NCBI RefSeq assembly: GCF_000014785.1 | Contig: NC_008340.1 | Location: forward strand, 2,130,001-2,162,000 | Length of the DNA stretch: 32,000 bases | DNA from: Alkalilimnicola ehrlichii MLHE-1 | Lineage (GTDB): Bacteria > Pseudomonadota > Gammaproteobacteria > Nitrococcales > Halorhodospiraceae | Direction of reading: 5' to 3' | Shown: positions 9,993 through 19,602 of the stretch, piece after piece | Layout of the letters: the number at the start of each line of letters is the position of its first letter | How positions within the stretch are numbered: the first letter of the stretch is position 1 | Notes under the pieces: generated by a model | The model's database searches: none | What the model was told of the DNA's origin: nothing | What the model saw: only the letters and a program-made list of their open reading frames with translations | Made by a program: the position numbers and the translations under genes

Positions 9993-10550
9993 TCAGCCCC
10001 CGAGATCGGCACGGAGGCCACGGATCATGTCCGTCCGCGGCTCCAACACACCGTGAACCTGGGTTGCGTCCAGCTCCCCAATGATCCGCCAGCGCCCGTC
10101 CAGGGGCTCCAAGTGCAGGTAGCGCCGGTTACTGACCGCCCGGACCTGCCCCCGGTAGACGCCGTCGGCGCCCAGCTCCAGCTCCGCGACCACGTCATCG
10201 GCACCGGTACGGGGCTCCAGCGTCAGGCGCAGGTGCTCCGGCTTCGCCTCGGCGTTCTTGCCCTGCAGCACCAGGGACAATTCCCCGCCCTCCCGGGGTA
10301 CCCGCACGCGGGCGGAGAGCCCCATGTCGTAGGCCACGAGTTCGCGCTCAAAGTTGCGATAGGTCGCGCGCCCGGTGTCAAAGTGGTCGTCGATGACCAG
10401 GGGGTCCTGATTGGTCACCGCGGTGTACACCAGACCGAGCCCCATGGGGACCACCAGGATGGGCGGGGCGAAGACGAACCAGCACCAGAACTCCTTGTAC
10501 CAGGGCTTCTGACGAGGTTCTTTTTGTTTGGCGCTATGATGAACGCTCAT
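9993..10550 (-). CDS. ccoH: cbb3 oxidase assembly protein CcoH/FixH
   Basis: It has a single N-terminal TM (WCWFVFAPPILVVPMGLGLVY) followed by a soluble domain, and it lies between ccoG and ccoI. I prefer ATG at 10550 downstream of GGGAGG. The track start at 10574 is a TTG overlapping the ccoG stop. Confidence 0.78.
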   Translation of the reverse strand: MSVHHSAKQKEPRQKPWYKEFWCWFVFAPPILVVPMGLGLVYTAVTNQDPLVIDDHFDTGRATYRNFERELVAYDMGLSARVRVPREGGELSLVLQGKNAEAKPEHLRLTLEPRTGADDVVAELELGADGVYRGQVRAVSNRRYLHLEPLDGRWRIIGELDATQVHGVLEPRTDMIRGLRADLGG

Positions 10551-10570
10551 GGACCGGTATGCCTCCCGAG

Positions 10571-11953
10571 TCAACGCGCAGGCCCGTGGAAGCGAGTGCG
10601 CGTGGTGGTGCTCACGCTCTCGTCGTCCGTGCGGGTGATTGTAAAGTATACATCGGACGTCCGGTCCTCAAGGTGCTCCATATTCACCGTCACCGTGGCA
10701 ATGATGTCCTGCACCCCGCCCGGGCGCACGCTCACGGTCTCCGGCCGGAGTGACAACTCCGCCCCGGTCAGGCCGGACACCTCCACCTCGAAGGTCCGGG
10801 GCTCACTGTCCTTGTTGATGACCTTGAGGGTGTAGATGTTCTCGATGTCACCAAACCCCGATTCGCGGAACATGGGGTTGCGCTCGGGCAGCACATCAAG
10901 GCCCACCGGCGATCGCATCGCCAGCGCCGTCACAAAGACAGCCGCGAGGATGGTCAGCAGGGTGCCGTAGAGGAAAATACGCGGTCGCAGGACCTTCGTG
11001 CGCTTACCCTCCATCCCGCGCTCACTGGAGTACCGTACCAGACCCCGCGGGTAGCCCATCTTGTCCATCACCGAGTCGCAGGCGTCGACACAGGCCGCAC
11101 AGGCGATGCATTCGTACTGCAGGCCGTCTCGGATATCGATCCCGGTGGGACAGACCTGCACACACAGTTTGCAGTCAATGCAGTCCCCCAGGCCCTTGGC
11201 GCGATGGTCGATCCCCCGCTTGCGCGGGCCCCGCGGCTCGCCCCGTTCCTCATCATAGGAAATGATCAGGGTGTCCGGATCGAACATGGCGCCCTGAAAA
11301 CGGGCATAGGGGCACATGTATTTGCAGACCTGCTCGCGCATATAGCCGGCGTTACCATAGGTGGCAAAGCCGTAGAACAGGGTCCAGAAGGTCTCCCACG
11401 GCCCGAGACTGAAGCTCGCCAGTCGGGAGGCCAGTTCGGTCGCCGGGGAGAAATAGGCCACAAAGGTAAAGCCGGTGAACAACGCAAAGAGGATCCAGAC
11501 GGCCTGCTTCGAGGTCTTGCGCAGGATCTTTTCGCGGGTCCACGGGCCCTTATCGAGCTTCTTCCGCTTGGTGGCCGGGCCCTCCGTCCAGCGCTCCATC
11601 CACAGAAAGACCTCCGTCCAGACGGTCTGCGGACAGGCATAGCCGCACCACAGGCGGCCCGCCAACGCGGTGAAGAAAAACAAGGAGATAGCAGCGATGA
11701 TCAGCAGCGCCGACAGGAAGTAGAACTCCTGCGGCCAAAAGACCATCCCAAAGATGTAAAACTGCCGGGAGGGCAGATCAAACAGAATGGCCTGCCGGCC
11801 ATCCCACTGCACCCAGGGCATAACGTAGTAAAGCCCCAGCAGCGCCAGGACCGCCAGGACCCGCAATCGTTGAAAACGCCCCCCTATCTCTCTGGGATGG
11901 ATCTTTTCGCTCGCCTGATAAAGCGACTCACCCGTCTCGGGCTGGTTCGCCAT
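10571..11953 (-). CDS. ccoG: cbb3 oxidase accessory protein CcoG/FixG (polyferredoxin-like, 4Fe-4S)
   Basis: Two ferredoxin Cys clusters are present (CIDCKLCVQVCP and CIACAACVDAC), together with CGYACPQ and multiple TM segments. I prefer ATG at 11953 (MANQPE), preceded by AGGAG. Confidence 0.92.
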   Translation of the reverse strand: MANQPETGESLYQASEKIHPREIGGRFQRLRVLAVLALLGLYYVMPWVQWDGRQAILFDLPSRQFYIFGMVFWPQEFYFLSALLIIAAISLFFFTALAGRLWCGYACPQTVWTEVFLWMERWTEGPATKRKKLDKGPWTREKILRKTSKQAVWILFALFTGFTFVAYFSPATELASRLASFSLGPWETFWTLFYGFATYGNAGYMREQVCKYMCPYARFQGAMFDPDTLIISYDEERGEPRGPRKRGIDHRAKGLGDCIDCKLCVQVCPTGIDIRDGLQYECIACAACVDACDSVMDKMGYPRGLVRYSSERGMEGKRTKVLRPRIFLYGTLLTILAAVFVTALAMRSPVGLDVLPERNPMFRESGFGDIENIYTLKVINKDSEPRTFEVEVSGLTGAELSLRPETVSVRPGGVQDIIATVTVNMEHLEDRTSDVYFTITRTDDESVSTTTRTRFHGPAR

Positions 11954-11963
11954 AATGCTACTC

Positions 11964-12281
11964 CTATTTGCCACCTTCACTTTTGCCCTGTTCAGGGCGC
12001 CGCACCAAAACGGCAGTGAGGAAGCTTGCGCCCGCACTCACCGCCCAAAACATCAAGAATCCAATGGAGTAGCCCGTCTGCCGCCCTATCTCCCAGCCGG
12101 GAAACGTGGCCGCATGCAGGTCTGACGGGTCAATAGCCAGGAAAAACACCCAGGTCGCCAAGGCTGAGACCAGAAAGGAGGGCCAGATCACTGGCCCTAC
12201 CACCCGGACGAACCAGGTACCCTGGTCCGTCCGGGTCTCTTCCGCCTCAACCTCCGGGCCGTGCTTCGGGTCGTCACTCAT
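11964..12281 (-). CDS. hypothetical small membrane protein (about 105 aa, two predicted TM segments) embedded in the cco cluster
   Basis: ATG at 12281 (MSDDPKHGP) is preceded by GGGAGGTGG with 6-nt spacing. An acidic N-terminal tail is followed by two hydrophobic stretches (VVGPVIWPSFLVSALATWVFFLAI and GYSIGFLMFWAVSAGASFLTAVLV). GC3 looks genome-typical. I recognise no family. Confidence 0.6.
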   Translation of the reverse strand: MSDDPKHGPEVEAEETRTDQGTWFVRVVGPVIWPSFLVSALATWVFFLAIDPSDLHAATFPGWEIGRQTGYSIGFLMFWAVSAGASFLTAVLVRRPEQGKSEGGK

Positions 12282-12316
12282 GAGGACCCACCTCCCGAAG
12301 GGCAACGAGGCCCTCG

Positions 12317-13219
12317 TCAGTTGTTAAGGCTGTAGACGTATGCGGCGAGCACGTGGATGCGGTCCTCACCCAGACGCTCCAGGAAGGCCGGCATCTCACC
12401 ACTGCGACCGTTCAGGATGGTCTCCTTCATGGTCTCAGCATCGCCGCCGTAGGTGTACTCGCCCAGAGTCAGGTTGGGCCAGCCCGCGGCCTGGTTCCCG
12501 GTGCCGTCGGCGCCGTGACAGGCGATGCAGCCCGCCTGCTCGTACGCGGAGCGTCCGGCAGTGATGGTGTCCTCACTGATCCCCTCGCGACCACCGAGGT
12601 GCTGCACGTAGGCCACCAGGTTATCCAGGCCGTCCCCTTCCAGGGCCGGGCGCCCGGCATGGGGCGGCATCACCGCGCTGCGACCCTGGGTCAGGGTCTC
12701 CACGATCTTCTCCGGGGTGCCACCCCATTGCCATTTGTCGTTGGCAATGTTCGGGAAGCCGCGGGCCCCGCCGCCGTCTACCCCGTGGCAGACCGCACAC
12801 TCATACCCAAACAGCCGACGGCCGGTCTGCATGGCCTCATCGTTTTGAGCCAGTTCCGGGATCGAAAGTTCGGTGTACTGGGCGAAGATCGGCTCCAGCC
12901 GCTCCTCAATGCGCTCCACCTCACGGTCGTACTGGGCGGCGGAGCTCCAACCCAACACACCGCCGAAGTTGCCCAACCCCGGATAGAGGATGAGATAGAC
13001 CAGACCGAAGACGATGGTGATGTAGAACAGCCACAGCCACCAACGGGGCATGGGCCGGTTGTACTCGGCCAGGGTGCCTTCATCCCAACTGTGGCCGGTC
13101 GTCTCGTGCTCTGCGGCCTCCCCGGGCTTCTTCTTCTCGGCCCATTTGATCAACCACACCATCCCGAGAATGTTCGCTAGAACCAGGACGATGACCCACC
13201 AATGCCAGAAGCTACTCAT
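12317..13219 (-). CDS. ccoP: cbb3-type cytochrome c oxidase subunit III (diheme cytochrome c)
   Basis: Two CxxCH heme sites (CAVCHG and CIACHG) follow an N-terminal TM. I prefer ATG at 13219 (MSSFWHWW), preceded by GAGGA. It overlaps the ccoQ stop by 8 nt. Confidence 0.93.
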   Translation of the reverse strand: MSSFWHWWVIVLVLANILGMVWLIKWAEKKKPGEAAEHETTGHSWDEGTLAEYNRPMPRWWLWLFYITIVFGLVYLILYPGLGNFGGVLGWSSAAQYDREVERIEERLEPIFAQYTELSIPELAQNDEAMQTGRRLFGYECAVCHGVDGGGARGFPNIANDKWQWGGTPEKIVETLTQGRSAVMPPHAGRPALEGDGLDNLVAYVQHLGGREGISEDTITAGRSAYEQAGCIACHGADGTGNQAAGWPNLTLGEYTYGGDAETMKETILNGRSGEMPAFLERLGEDRIHVLAAYVYSLNN

Positions 13220-13403
13220 GGCGATTATCCTCGTTACGCTTGTTCTGTTCGCGCTCGTCAACCTGCGGCTGGTCGTCCTCGTCCAGGGCGAGGCGCGCCG
13301 CCTCGTCGAAGTCCTTCTTCTTGCGCGGGTGGTAGGCCCACCAGACCACGCCTAGGAAGAGGATGACCAGCAATGCAGTTGCGATGCCGTGAATCGTGCC
13401 CAT
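13212..13403 (-). CDS. ccoQ: cbb3-type cytochrome c oxidase subunit CcoQ
   Basis: 63 aa with a single TM (IATALLVILFLGVVWWAY) and a charged tail. It occupies the canonical position between ccoO and ccoP. Confidence 0.8.
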   Translation of the reverse strand: MGTIHGIATALLVILFLGVVWWAYHPRKKKDFDEAARLALDEDDQPQVDEREQNKRNEDNRHE

Positions 13404-13411
13404 TGATCGCC

Positions 13412-14023
13412 TCAGCGGGTCCGCTCGATGGCGGTACCGAGCCCTTGCAGGTAGGCGATAACGGCATCCATCTCCGTCTTGCCCTCCAGCTCATCGGCCG
13501 CCGACTCAATCATGTCGTCGTTATACGGCACGCCCAAGAAGCGCTGCTGCATCCGCATGCGGTGCGCCACCTGTTCACCATTGAGCTCCCGCGCCGCCAG
13601 CCAGGGATAGGCCGGCATGTTGGAGTTGGGCAGCACGTCACGCGGGTTCATCAGGTGGACCCGATGCCACTCATCGGTGTAGCGGCCACCGACCCGGTGC
13701 AGGTCAGGACCGGTCCGCTTCGAGCCCCACTGGAACGGCCGGTCGTAGACGAACTCACTGGCCAGGGAATAGTGGCCGTAGCGTTCGGTCTCGGCCCGGA
13801 ATGGCCGCACCATCTGGGAGTGACAGTTGTAGCACCCTTCGCGCACGTAGATATCACGGCCCGCGAACTCAAGGGGCGGATAGGGTTCCACCCCCTCGTG
13901 CGCCTGCGTGGTCTCGTTCAGGAAGAACAGGGGCACGATCTGCACCAGACCGGCCACACTGATGACCAGAACAATAAACACGGCAAGCACACCAACGTTT
14001 TTCTCGACTACCTCGTGATTCAT
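13412..14023 (-). CDS. ccoO: cbb3-type cytochrome c oxidase subunit II (monoheme)
   Basis: 203 aa with an N-terminal TM, a CYNCHS heme motif and the conserved [19 protein letters not shown] lies upstream of the ATG at 14023. Confidence 0.95.
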   Translation of the reverse strand: MNHEVVEKNVGVLAVFIVLVISVAGLVQIVPLFFLNETTQAHEGVEPYPPLEFAGRDIYVREGCYNCHSQMVRPFRAETERYGHYSLASEFVYDRPFQWGSKRTGPDLHRVGGRYTDEWHRVHLMNPRDVLPNSNMPAYPWLAARELNGEQVAHRMRMQQRFLGVPYNDDMIESAADELEGKTEMDAVIAYLQGLGTAIERTR

Positions 14024-14035
14024 CCCGCTCCCTCC

Positions 14036-15460
14036 TTACGCGGTCTGACCAGCAGCACTGGGGGCCGGCTCACGGCTCGGCGCGCTGGTCACCGTCTTGT
14101 AGACGTTATACGCCATCAGGAACATGCCGATGAGGAACATGACCCCACCCAGCAGGCGCACCATGTAGTACGGGTAGGTGGCCACCAGCACCTCGGAGAA
14201 GGTGTAGGTGAGCGTCCCGTCCTCGTTGACGGCGCGCCACATGAGCCCCTGCATGACGCCGGCGATCCACATGGAGGCGATGTAGAGCACGGTACCGATG
14301 GTGGCGATCCAGAAGTGCCACTCGATCATTTTGGTGCTGTACATGCCCTCGCGGCCGAAGACACGAGGAATGAGGGCGTAGATGGAACCGAAGGTGATGA
14401 ACGCCACCCAGCCCAGGGCACCGGAGTGCACGTGACCCACCGTCCACTCGGTGTAGTGGGAGAGTGCGTTCACCGTCTTGATGGACATCATCGGCCCTTC
14501 GAAGGTGGACATACCGTAGAAGGACAGCGAGACGATGAGGAACTTGAGGATCGGATCGGTACGCAGCTTATGCCAGGCACCGGAGAGGGTCATGATGCCG
14601 TTGATCATGCCACCCCAGGAGGGGGCCAGCAGGATCAGCGAGAAGACCATGCCCAGGGACTGCACCCAGTCCGGCAGCGCGGTGTAGTGCAGGTGGTGGG
14701 GGCCGGCCCACATGTAAAGGGAGATCAGCGCCCAGAAGTGCACGATGGACAGGCGGTAGGAGTAGATGGGCCGCCCGGCCTGCTTAGGCACGAAGTAGTA
14801 CATCATGCCCAGGAAACCGGCCGTCAGGAAGAAGCCCACCGCGTTATGGCCATACCACCACTGCACCATGGCGTCCACCGCCCCGGAGTAGATCGGGTAG
14901 GACCACATGGGGCCCACCGGGATCACCAGGTTGTTGACAATGTGCAGGACCGCGATCGTCAGGATGAAGGCACCGAAGAACCAGTTGGCCACGTAAATAT
15001 GCTTGACCTTCCGGATGGCAATGGTGCCGAAGAAGTTGATGGCGTAGGCCACCCACACCAGGGCGATCAGCAGGGCGATGGGCCACTCGAGCTCGGCGTA
15101 CTCCTTGCCCATGGTGAAGCCCAACGGCAACGAGACCGCTGCGGCGACGATCACCGCCTGCCAACCCCAGAAGGTGAAGGCGGACAGCTTGTCGGAGAGC
15201 AGACGTACCCCGCAGGTACGCTGCACACAGTAGTAGGAGGTGGCAAAGAGCGCCGAGCCCCCGAAGGCGAAGATAACGGCATTGGTATGAAGTGGCCGCA
15301 ACCGACTGTACGTCAGCCACGGGTGGTCGAAGTTTAGCGCCGGCCAAATCAGCTGCGCCGCGATCAGAACGCCAACCGCCATACCGACCACGCCCCAGAC
15401 GACGGTCATTATGGCGAACTGGCGCACGACTTTTTCATTGTAGGTTGTGCTGGTGTCCAT
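14036..15460 (-). CDS. ccoN: cbb3-type cytochrome c oxidase subunit I
   Basis: 474 aa, a 12-TM heme-copper oxidase. [16 protein letters not shown], the [10 protein letters not shown]-type motif and HHLHYT are typical of CcoN. ATG at 15458-15460. Confidence 0.97.
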   Translation of the reverse strand: MDTSTTYNEKVVRQFAIMTVVWGVVGMAVGVLIAAQLIWPALNFDHPWLTYSRLRPLHTNAVIFAFGGSALFATSYYCVQRTCGVRLLSDKLSAFTFWGWQAVIVAAAVSLPLGFTMGKEYAELEWPIALLIALVWVAYAINFFGTIAIRKVKHIYVANWFFGAFILTIAVLHIVNNLVIPVGPMWSYPIYSGAVDAMVQWWYGHNAVGFFLTAGFLGMMYYFVPKQAGRPIYSYRLSIVHFWALISLYMWAGPHHLHYTALPDWVQSLGMVFSLILLAPSWGGMINGIMTLSGAWHKLRTDPILKFLIVSLSFYGMSTFEGPMMSIKTVNALSHYTEWTVGHVHSGALGWVAFITFGSIYALIPRVFGREGMYSTKMIEWHFWIATIGTVLYIASMWIAGVMQGLMWRAVNEDGTLTYTFSEVLVATYPYYMVRLLGGVMFLIGMFLMAYNVYKTVTSAPSREPAPSAAGQTA

Positions 15461-15545
15461 AGCTCCAGATCCGCAAGGTGGTTTGAGATGGATTCAGGCG
15501 ATCCTCCACGGGATTGGATTATCCGGGTCCGACAACAAGGCCGCC

Positions 15546-15559
15546 TTGATACAGGTCAA
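15546..15559. promoter_or_regulatory. FNR/Anr-type box TTGAT-ACAG-GTCAA upstream of ccoN
   Basis: It matches the TTGAT-N4-ATCAA consensus at 9 of 10 positions. It is centred about 92 nt upstream of the ccoN ATG, in the 186-bp divergent ccoN/moxR spacer. cbb3 operons are classically FNR/Anr-activated. Confidence 0.55.
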
Positions 15560-15715
15560 TACCGGCCGGAACCGTGACAACATGCCACACTCCAGTGTGA
15601 ACCGGGGTGGGAACTCGCAGCGAAGTGGCCCTGTCTGAATAAAAATTTGTTTGCAACCAATTCGCAGCCCCGCCACGATGAACCCACCGGGACACCGGCT
15701 CGGGAGGCCGCACGC

Positions 15716-16636
15716 TTGCAACAGGACATCCGTCACTTTCTCGCCGCCACCAATGAGATCATCCTCGGCAAGGCGCACCAAGTACGGCTGGCCCTGGTCT
15801 GTCTGATCGCCCGCGGCCACCTGCTCATCGAGGACCTGCCCGGCGTCGGCAAGACGACTCTGGCCCAGGCGCTGGCGCGTTTGCTGGGGCTGGATTTCCA
15901 GCGAATCCAGTTCACCAGCGACCTCCTGCCCGCCGACATCATCGGTGCGACCGTCTACGAAAAGGACAGCGGCCGCTTCCGCTTCCACCCGGGGCCGGTC
16001 TTCACCTCCCTGGTGCTGGCCGATGAGGTCAACCGCGCCACACCCAAGGCCCAGAGCGCCCTGCTCGAGGCCATGGCGGAACGCCAGGTCAGCGTTGAGG
16101 GTGAGACCCGCGCCCTACCCGACCCCTTTTTCGTGATCGCCACCCAAAACCCGGACTCGCAACTGGGCACCTTCCCGCTGCCGGAGTCCCAACTGGACCG
16201 CTTTCTCATGCGCCTGAGCCTGGGCTATCCGGGGCACGACGCTGAGCGGGCCCTGTTGCGCGGCACAGAGCGCAGGGACCTGCTGCACCGCATCGACACC
16301 CCGGCCCTCAGCCCCGAGCAGCTGCGGGAGCTGCAAACCGCCGCGCCGAGGGTGCATGCCTCCGACGCCCTGCTGGACTACCTTCAGGCCCTGTTGCGCC
16401 ATACCCGAGAGTGCGGGCGCTTCCGGCACGGCCTCTCCCCCCGGGCCGGCCTGGCACTGCTGCGCACGGCCCAGGCCTGGGCCCTGGTGGACGACCGTGG
16501 CGCGGTGCTGCCCGAGGATATCCAGGCAGTCTTCGTCCCGGTGGCCGGTCACCGCCTGGAACCGCGCGAAGAGGGGGGCGGACAGGCCCATGAGGACCTG
16601 GTCCGGGACAGCCTGGAGCAGGTGACCATCCCCTGA
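15716..16636 (+). CDS. moxR: MoxR-family AAA+ ATPase
   Basis: Walker A is GVGKTT and Walker B is LVLADEVNR. ATQNP and the LDRF MoxR signature are present. The ORF is open from TTG at 15647, which has no SD. I prefer TTG at 15716, 8 nt after GGGAGG. The start choice is uncertain. Confidence 0.88.
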   Translation: MQQDIRHFLAATNEIILGKAHQVRLALVCLIARGHLLIEDLPGVGKTTLAQALARLLGLDFQRIQFTSDLLPADIIGATVYEKDSGRFRFHPGPVFTSLVLADEVNRATPKAQSALLEAMAERQVSVEGETRALPDPFFVIATQNPDSQLGTFPLPESQLDRFLMRLSLGYPGHDAERALLRGTERRDLLHRIDTPALSPEQLRELQTAAPRVHASDALLDYLQALLRHTRECGRFRHGLSPRAGLALLRTAQAWALVDDRGAVLPEDIQAVFVPVAGHRLEPREEGGGQAHEDLVRDSLEQVTIP

Positions 16637-17607
16637 TGTCCGTCCGGCACCGGCTCCACTCAGGCCTGCTGCGGCTGCCCCGACGCCGTGGGGAGAGCAC
16701 CTCCGACCGCCTTACCCTCGATTATCGGCGGATCTTCATCCTCCCCAGCCGCTACGGCCTGTTTTTGACTTTGGTGGCGGCTCTGGTCTGGCTCGGCGGG
16801 GTGAATTACACGAATAACATGGTGCTCCTGCTCTCCTTTCTGCTGATCGGGCTGATCGTGGTGAGCATCCACCATACCTTCCGCAACCTGCACCGCCTCA
16901 TGCTCCTGGCCGGGCCGGCGGACGCCGTCTTTGCCGGCCAGACGTTGCACTTCCCGGTAACCGCCCACAACCCCACCCGACATGGCAAGCCGGCGCTCAC
17001 CCTGGTGGGCGGCGAGGGCCAGCAGACAGCCGATCTGCCCCCCGGCGGGAGCGTACGCTGGTGGCTGCCGGTGCCCACCCACCGGCGCGGCTGGCAGACC
17101 CTGCCGCGGTTCCGAGTGCACAGTCGGTTTCCCACCGGGCTCTTCGTGGCCTGGGCGCTGCCCGCACCGCGCCAGCGCGCGCTGGTCTATCCCACCCCCG
17201 AGCACGGTGCGGTGCCCCCACCCCCACACAGCGCCGGGGGCCACCAAGGCGAACGTCACGGTGAGGGGGACGACGATTTCCGTGGCCTGCGCCGCTACCA
17301 GGCCGGCGACCCCAAGGGTCACATCGCCTGGAAGCGGCTGGCCCGCGGCGAGGAGCACCTGCACACCAAGCAATTCTCCGGCGCCGCCGGCGCCCCGCGC
17401 TGGCTGGATGAGCGGGCCATTGACCCCCACCTGGACCCGGAGGCGCGCCTTGCCCGGCTCTGTCGCTGGGTGGTTGACCTGGACCGGGCCGGCCACCCCT
17501 ACGGCCTGCGGCTCGGTCACCTGCGGATCGCGCCGGGCCGGGGTGAGGCCCACCGCCATGCCTGCCTGCGTGCCCTGGCCCTGTACGACCCGGACGCCCG
17601 TCAATGA
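16636..17607 (+). CDS. DUF58 domain protein (MoxR partner, VWA-like)
   Basis: Two N-terminal TM segments are followed by the DDFRGLRRYQAGDPKGHIAWK motif typical of DUF58. Its ATG overlaps the moxR TGA (TGATG). Confidence 0.85.
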   Translation: MSVRHRLHSGLLRLPRRRGESTSDRLTLDYRRIFILPSRYGLFLTLVAALVWLGGVNYTNNMVLLLSFLLIGLIVVSIHHTFRNLHRLMLLAGPADAVFAGQTLHFPVTAHNPTRHGKPALTLVGGEGQQTADLPPGGSVRWWLPVPTHRRGWQTLPRFRVHSRFPTGLFVAWALPAPRQRALVYPTPEHGAVPPPPHSAGGHQGERHGEGDDDFRGLRRYQAGDPKGHIAWKRLARGEEHLHTKQFSGAAGAPRWLDERAIDPHLDPEARLARLCRWVVDLDRAGHPYGLRLGHLRIAPGRGEAHRHACLRALALYDPDARQ

Positions 17608-19574
17608 GCGGAACAGCGCACCCGCCGACCCCGCTGCCCCGCCAGGCCCAGGCCTGGCTGCTGGCCACCCTCGCACTGGTGGCTGCCGCCCACGCCCCCC
17701 ACCTGCCCTGGTGGCTTAGCCTGGGGGCGCTGGCCTGCGGACTGTGGTGCTGGCAAAACACCCGCCAGTGGCGCCGCCTGCCGCCGCGCAGCCTGCGCTT
17801 CGGACTCACCCTGCTGGCAACCGGCGGGGTCTACCTGAGCTACGGCGAACTCCTGGGCCAGGAGGCGGGAACGGCGTTGCTGCTTGCCATGACGGGGCTC
17901 AAACTGCTGGAACTGCGCAGCCGGCGCGACGCGGTGCTGCTGGTGGGGCTGGGGTTCTTCCTAGTGGCCACGCAGTTCCTGCGCTCCCAGGAACTGCCCA
18001 TGGCCTTTTACCTGGGCGCCTGCACCCTGGGGCTGATCATCAGCCTGATGGGGGCGACCCGGGAGAACGCCCCACCCCACCCGCTGGCGCATCTGCCTCA
18101 GGCGGCCACCTTGCTGCTCCAGGCCCTGCCCTTCATGGTCCTGCTGTTCTTCCTCTTCCCCCGCCTGGACGGCCCCCTCTGGGCCATGCCGGAGGATGGT
18201 GACCGGGCCCGGACCGGGCTCAGCGACCGCATGGAGCCCGGTCAGATCAGCGAACTGGCCCGCTCGGACGCCGTGGCCTTCCGGGTGGAGTTCGAGGCCG
18301 CGCCGCCCCCCCGATCCCGGCGTTACTGGCGCGGCCCGGTGTTCGAGGCGTTCGACGGCCAGCGCTGGCAGCCCGCCGACCACCTGCACGAGCGCCGGGA
18401 GCCGGTCGAACCAGCGGCGGACGCCGAGCGCATCGAATACACCGTGACCCTGGAGCCCCATGGCCAACCCTGGCTGTTCGGCCTGGATCTTCCGCTGACC
18501 CTGGCGGCCGGGCATGCCAGCGCCCGGGGCGCCCAGACCTGGGAGCGGGACACGCCGGTCAACCGGCGCGTACGCTACGCGGGCCAAAGCACGCCCGATT
18601 ACCGTCTGGGCGCCACGCTGGACCCGCAGCGCCGTGAGACCAATCTGGCCCTCGCGCAGAACCGCCACCCGAGAACCGTGGCGCTGGCCCGCTCCTGGCG
18701 GGCGCAGACCGACGACCCGCAGGCCCTGCTGGGGCAGGCCATCAGCCATTTCCGTGAGCAGGATTTCGGCTACACCCTGAGCCCACCCCTGATGCGCGAC
18801 GACATGGTCGATGAGTTTCTGTTCGACCATCAACAGGGGTTCTGCGAACACTACGCGGCCGCCTTTGCCGTGATGATGCGTGCCGCCGGAGTACCCGCCC
18901 GCGTAGTCACCGGCTACCTGGGCGGCGAGATGAACCCGACCGGCGACTACATGATCGTGCGCCAGTCCGACGCCCACGCCTGGAACGAGGTCTGGCTCGA
19001 GGGCGAAGGCTGGATCCGGATCGACCCCACCGCACTGGCCGCCCCGGCACGGCTGGACGAGGGTCTGGCCGGCGCCCTCGGGGACCCCGCCAGCGCCCCG
19101 GCCCTGGCCCGGCTGGACGCCTCGTGGCTGCGCGACCTGCGCCTGCGCTGGGATGCGGTGAACATGACCTGGCACCGCTGGATGCTCGGTTACGGCCCGG
19201 AGTTGCAGCGCCAGTGGCTGGAACGCCTGGGGCTACAGAGCTGGCAACAAGCGGTGATGGCCCTGGGCCTGGCCCTGATCGCCGCCTCCCTGCTGCTGGC
19301 CTGGGTCACGCTTTACCGCAACGCCCCGCCTGCCGCCGATCCGGCCGTCCGTGCCTGGCAGCGTCTGTGCCGGCGTCTGGCCCGCCGGGGCCTGCCCCCA
19401 CGGCCGGGTGAGCCACCCAACTGCTATGCCCGCCGGATTGCCCGGGCGCGCCCGGACCTGGCTGCCGCCATCTTGCATGTGGCCCGGCTCTACCAGCAGT
19501 ATCGGTATGAACCCAACCCCAGCCAGGCCGACCTGCAGGCCCTCCGCAAATGCATCAGACGCCTGCGGCCCTGA
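17604..19574 (+). CDS. tgpA: membrane transglutaminase-like protein (TgpA-type; N-terminal multi-TM + transglutaminase core)
   Basis: 656 aa. The N-terminal region has about 6 TM segments. The core carries a Cys-His-Asp triad context (QGFCEHYA, DAHAWNEVW, IRIDPT). ATGA overlap with the DUF58 stop. Confidence 0.85.
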   Translation: MSGTAHPPTPLPRQAQAWLLATLALVAAAHAPHLPWWLSLGALACGLWCWQNTRQWRRLPPRSLRFGLTLLATGGVYLSYGELLGQEAGTALLLAMTGLKLLELRSRRDAVLLVGLGFFLVATQFLRSQELPMAFYLGACTLGLIISLMGATRENAPPHPLAHLPQAATLLLQALPFMVLLFFLFPRLDGPLWAMPEDGDRARTGLSDRMEPGQISELARSDAVAFRVEFEAAPPPRSRRYWRGPVFEAFDGQRWQPADHLHERREPVEPAADAERIEYTVTLEPHGQPWLFGLDLPLTLAAGHASARGAQTWERDTPVNRRVRYAGQSTPDYRLGATLDPQRRETNLALAQNRHPRTVALARSWRAQTDDPQALLGQAISHFREQDFGYTLSPPLMRDDMVDEFLFDHQQGFCEHYAAAFAVMMRAAGVPARVVTGYLGGEMNPTGDYMIVRQSDAHAWNEVWLEGEGWIRIDPTALAAPARLDEGLAGALGDPASAPALARLDASWLRDLRLRWDAVNMTWHRWMLGYGPELQRQWLERLGLQSWQQAVMALGLALIAASLLLAWVTLYRNAPPAADPAVRAWQRLCRRLARRGLPPRPGEPPNCYARRIARARPDLAAAILHVARLYQQYRYEPNPSQADLQALRKCIRRLRP

Positions 19575-19602
19575 CCGGCGCCCAGACAGGAGAGAGCGAC
19601 CC

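Noticed and set aside
15494-15988. 164-aa minus-strand ORF covering the ccoN/moxR spacer
   Set aside because: It is antisense to the moxR N-terminus, spans the regulatory spacer, and has neither an SD nor a recognisable motif.
19351-19602. Upstream extension of the GDPD ORF
   Set aside because: It overlaps the tgpA 3' end in another frame and has a Pro/Arg/Ala-rich nonsense composition. The conserved GDPD sequence begins at MKQHPWIIAHRGD, which has a good SD.
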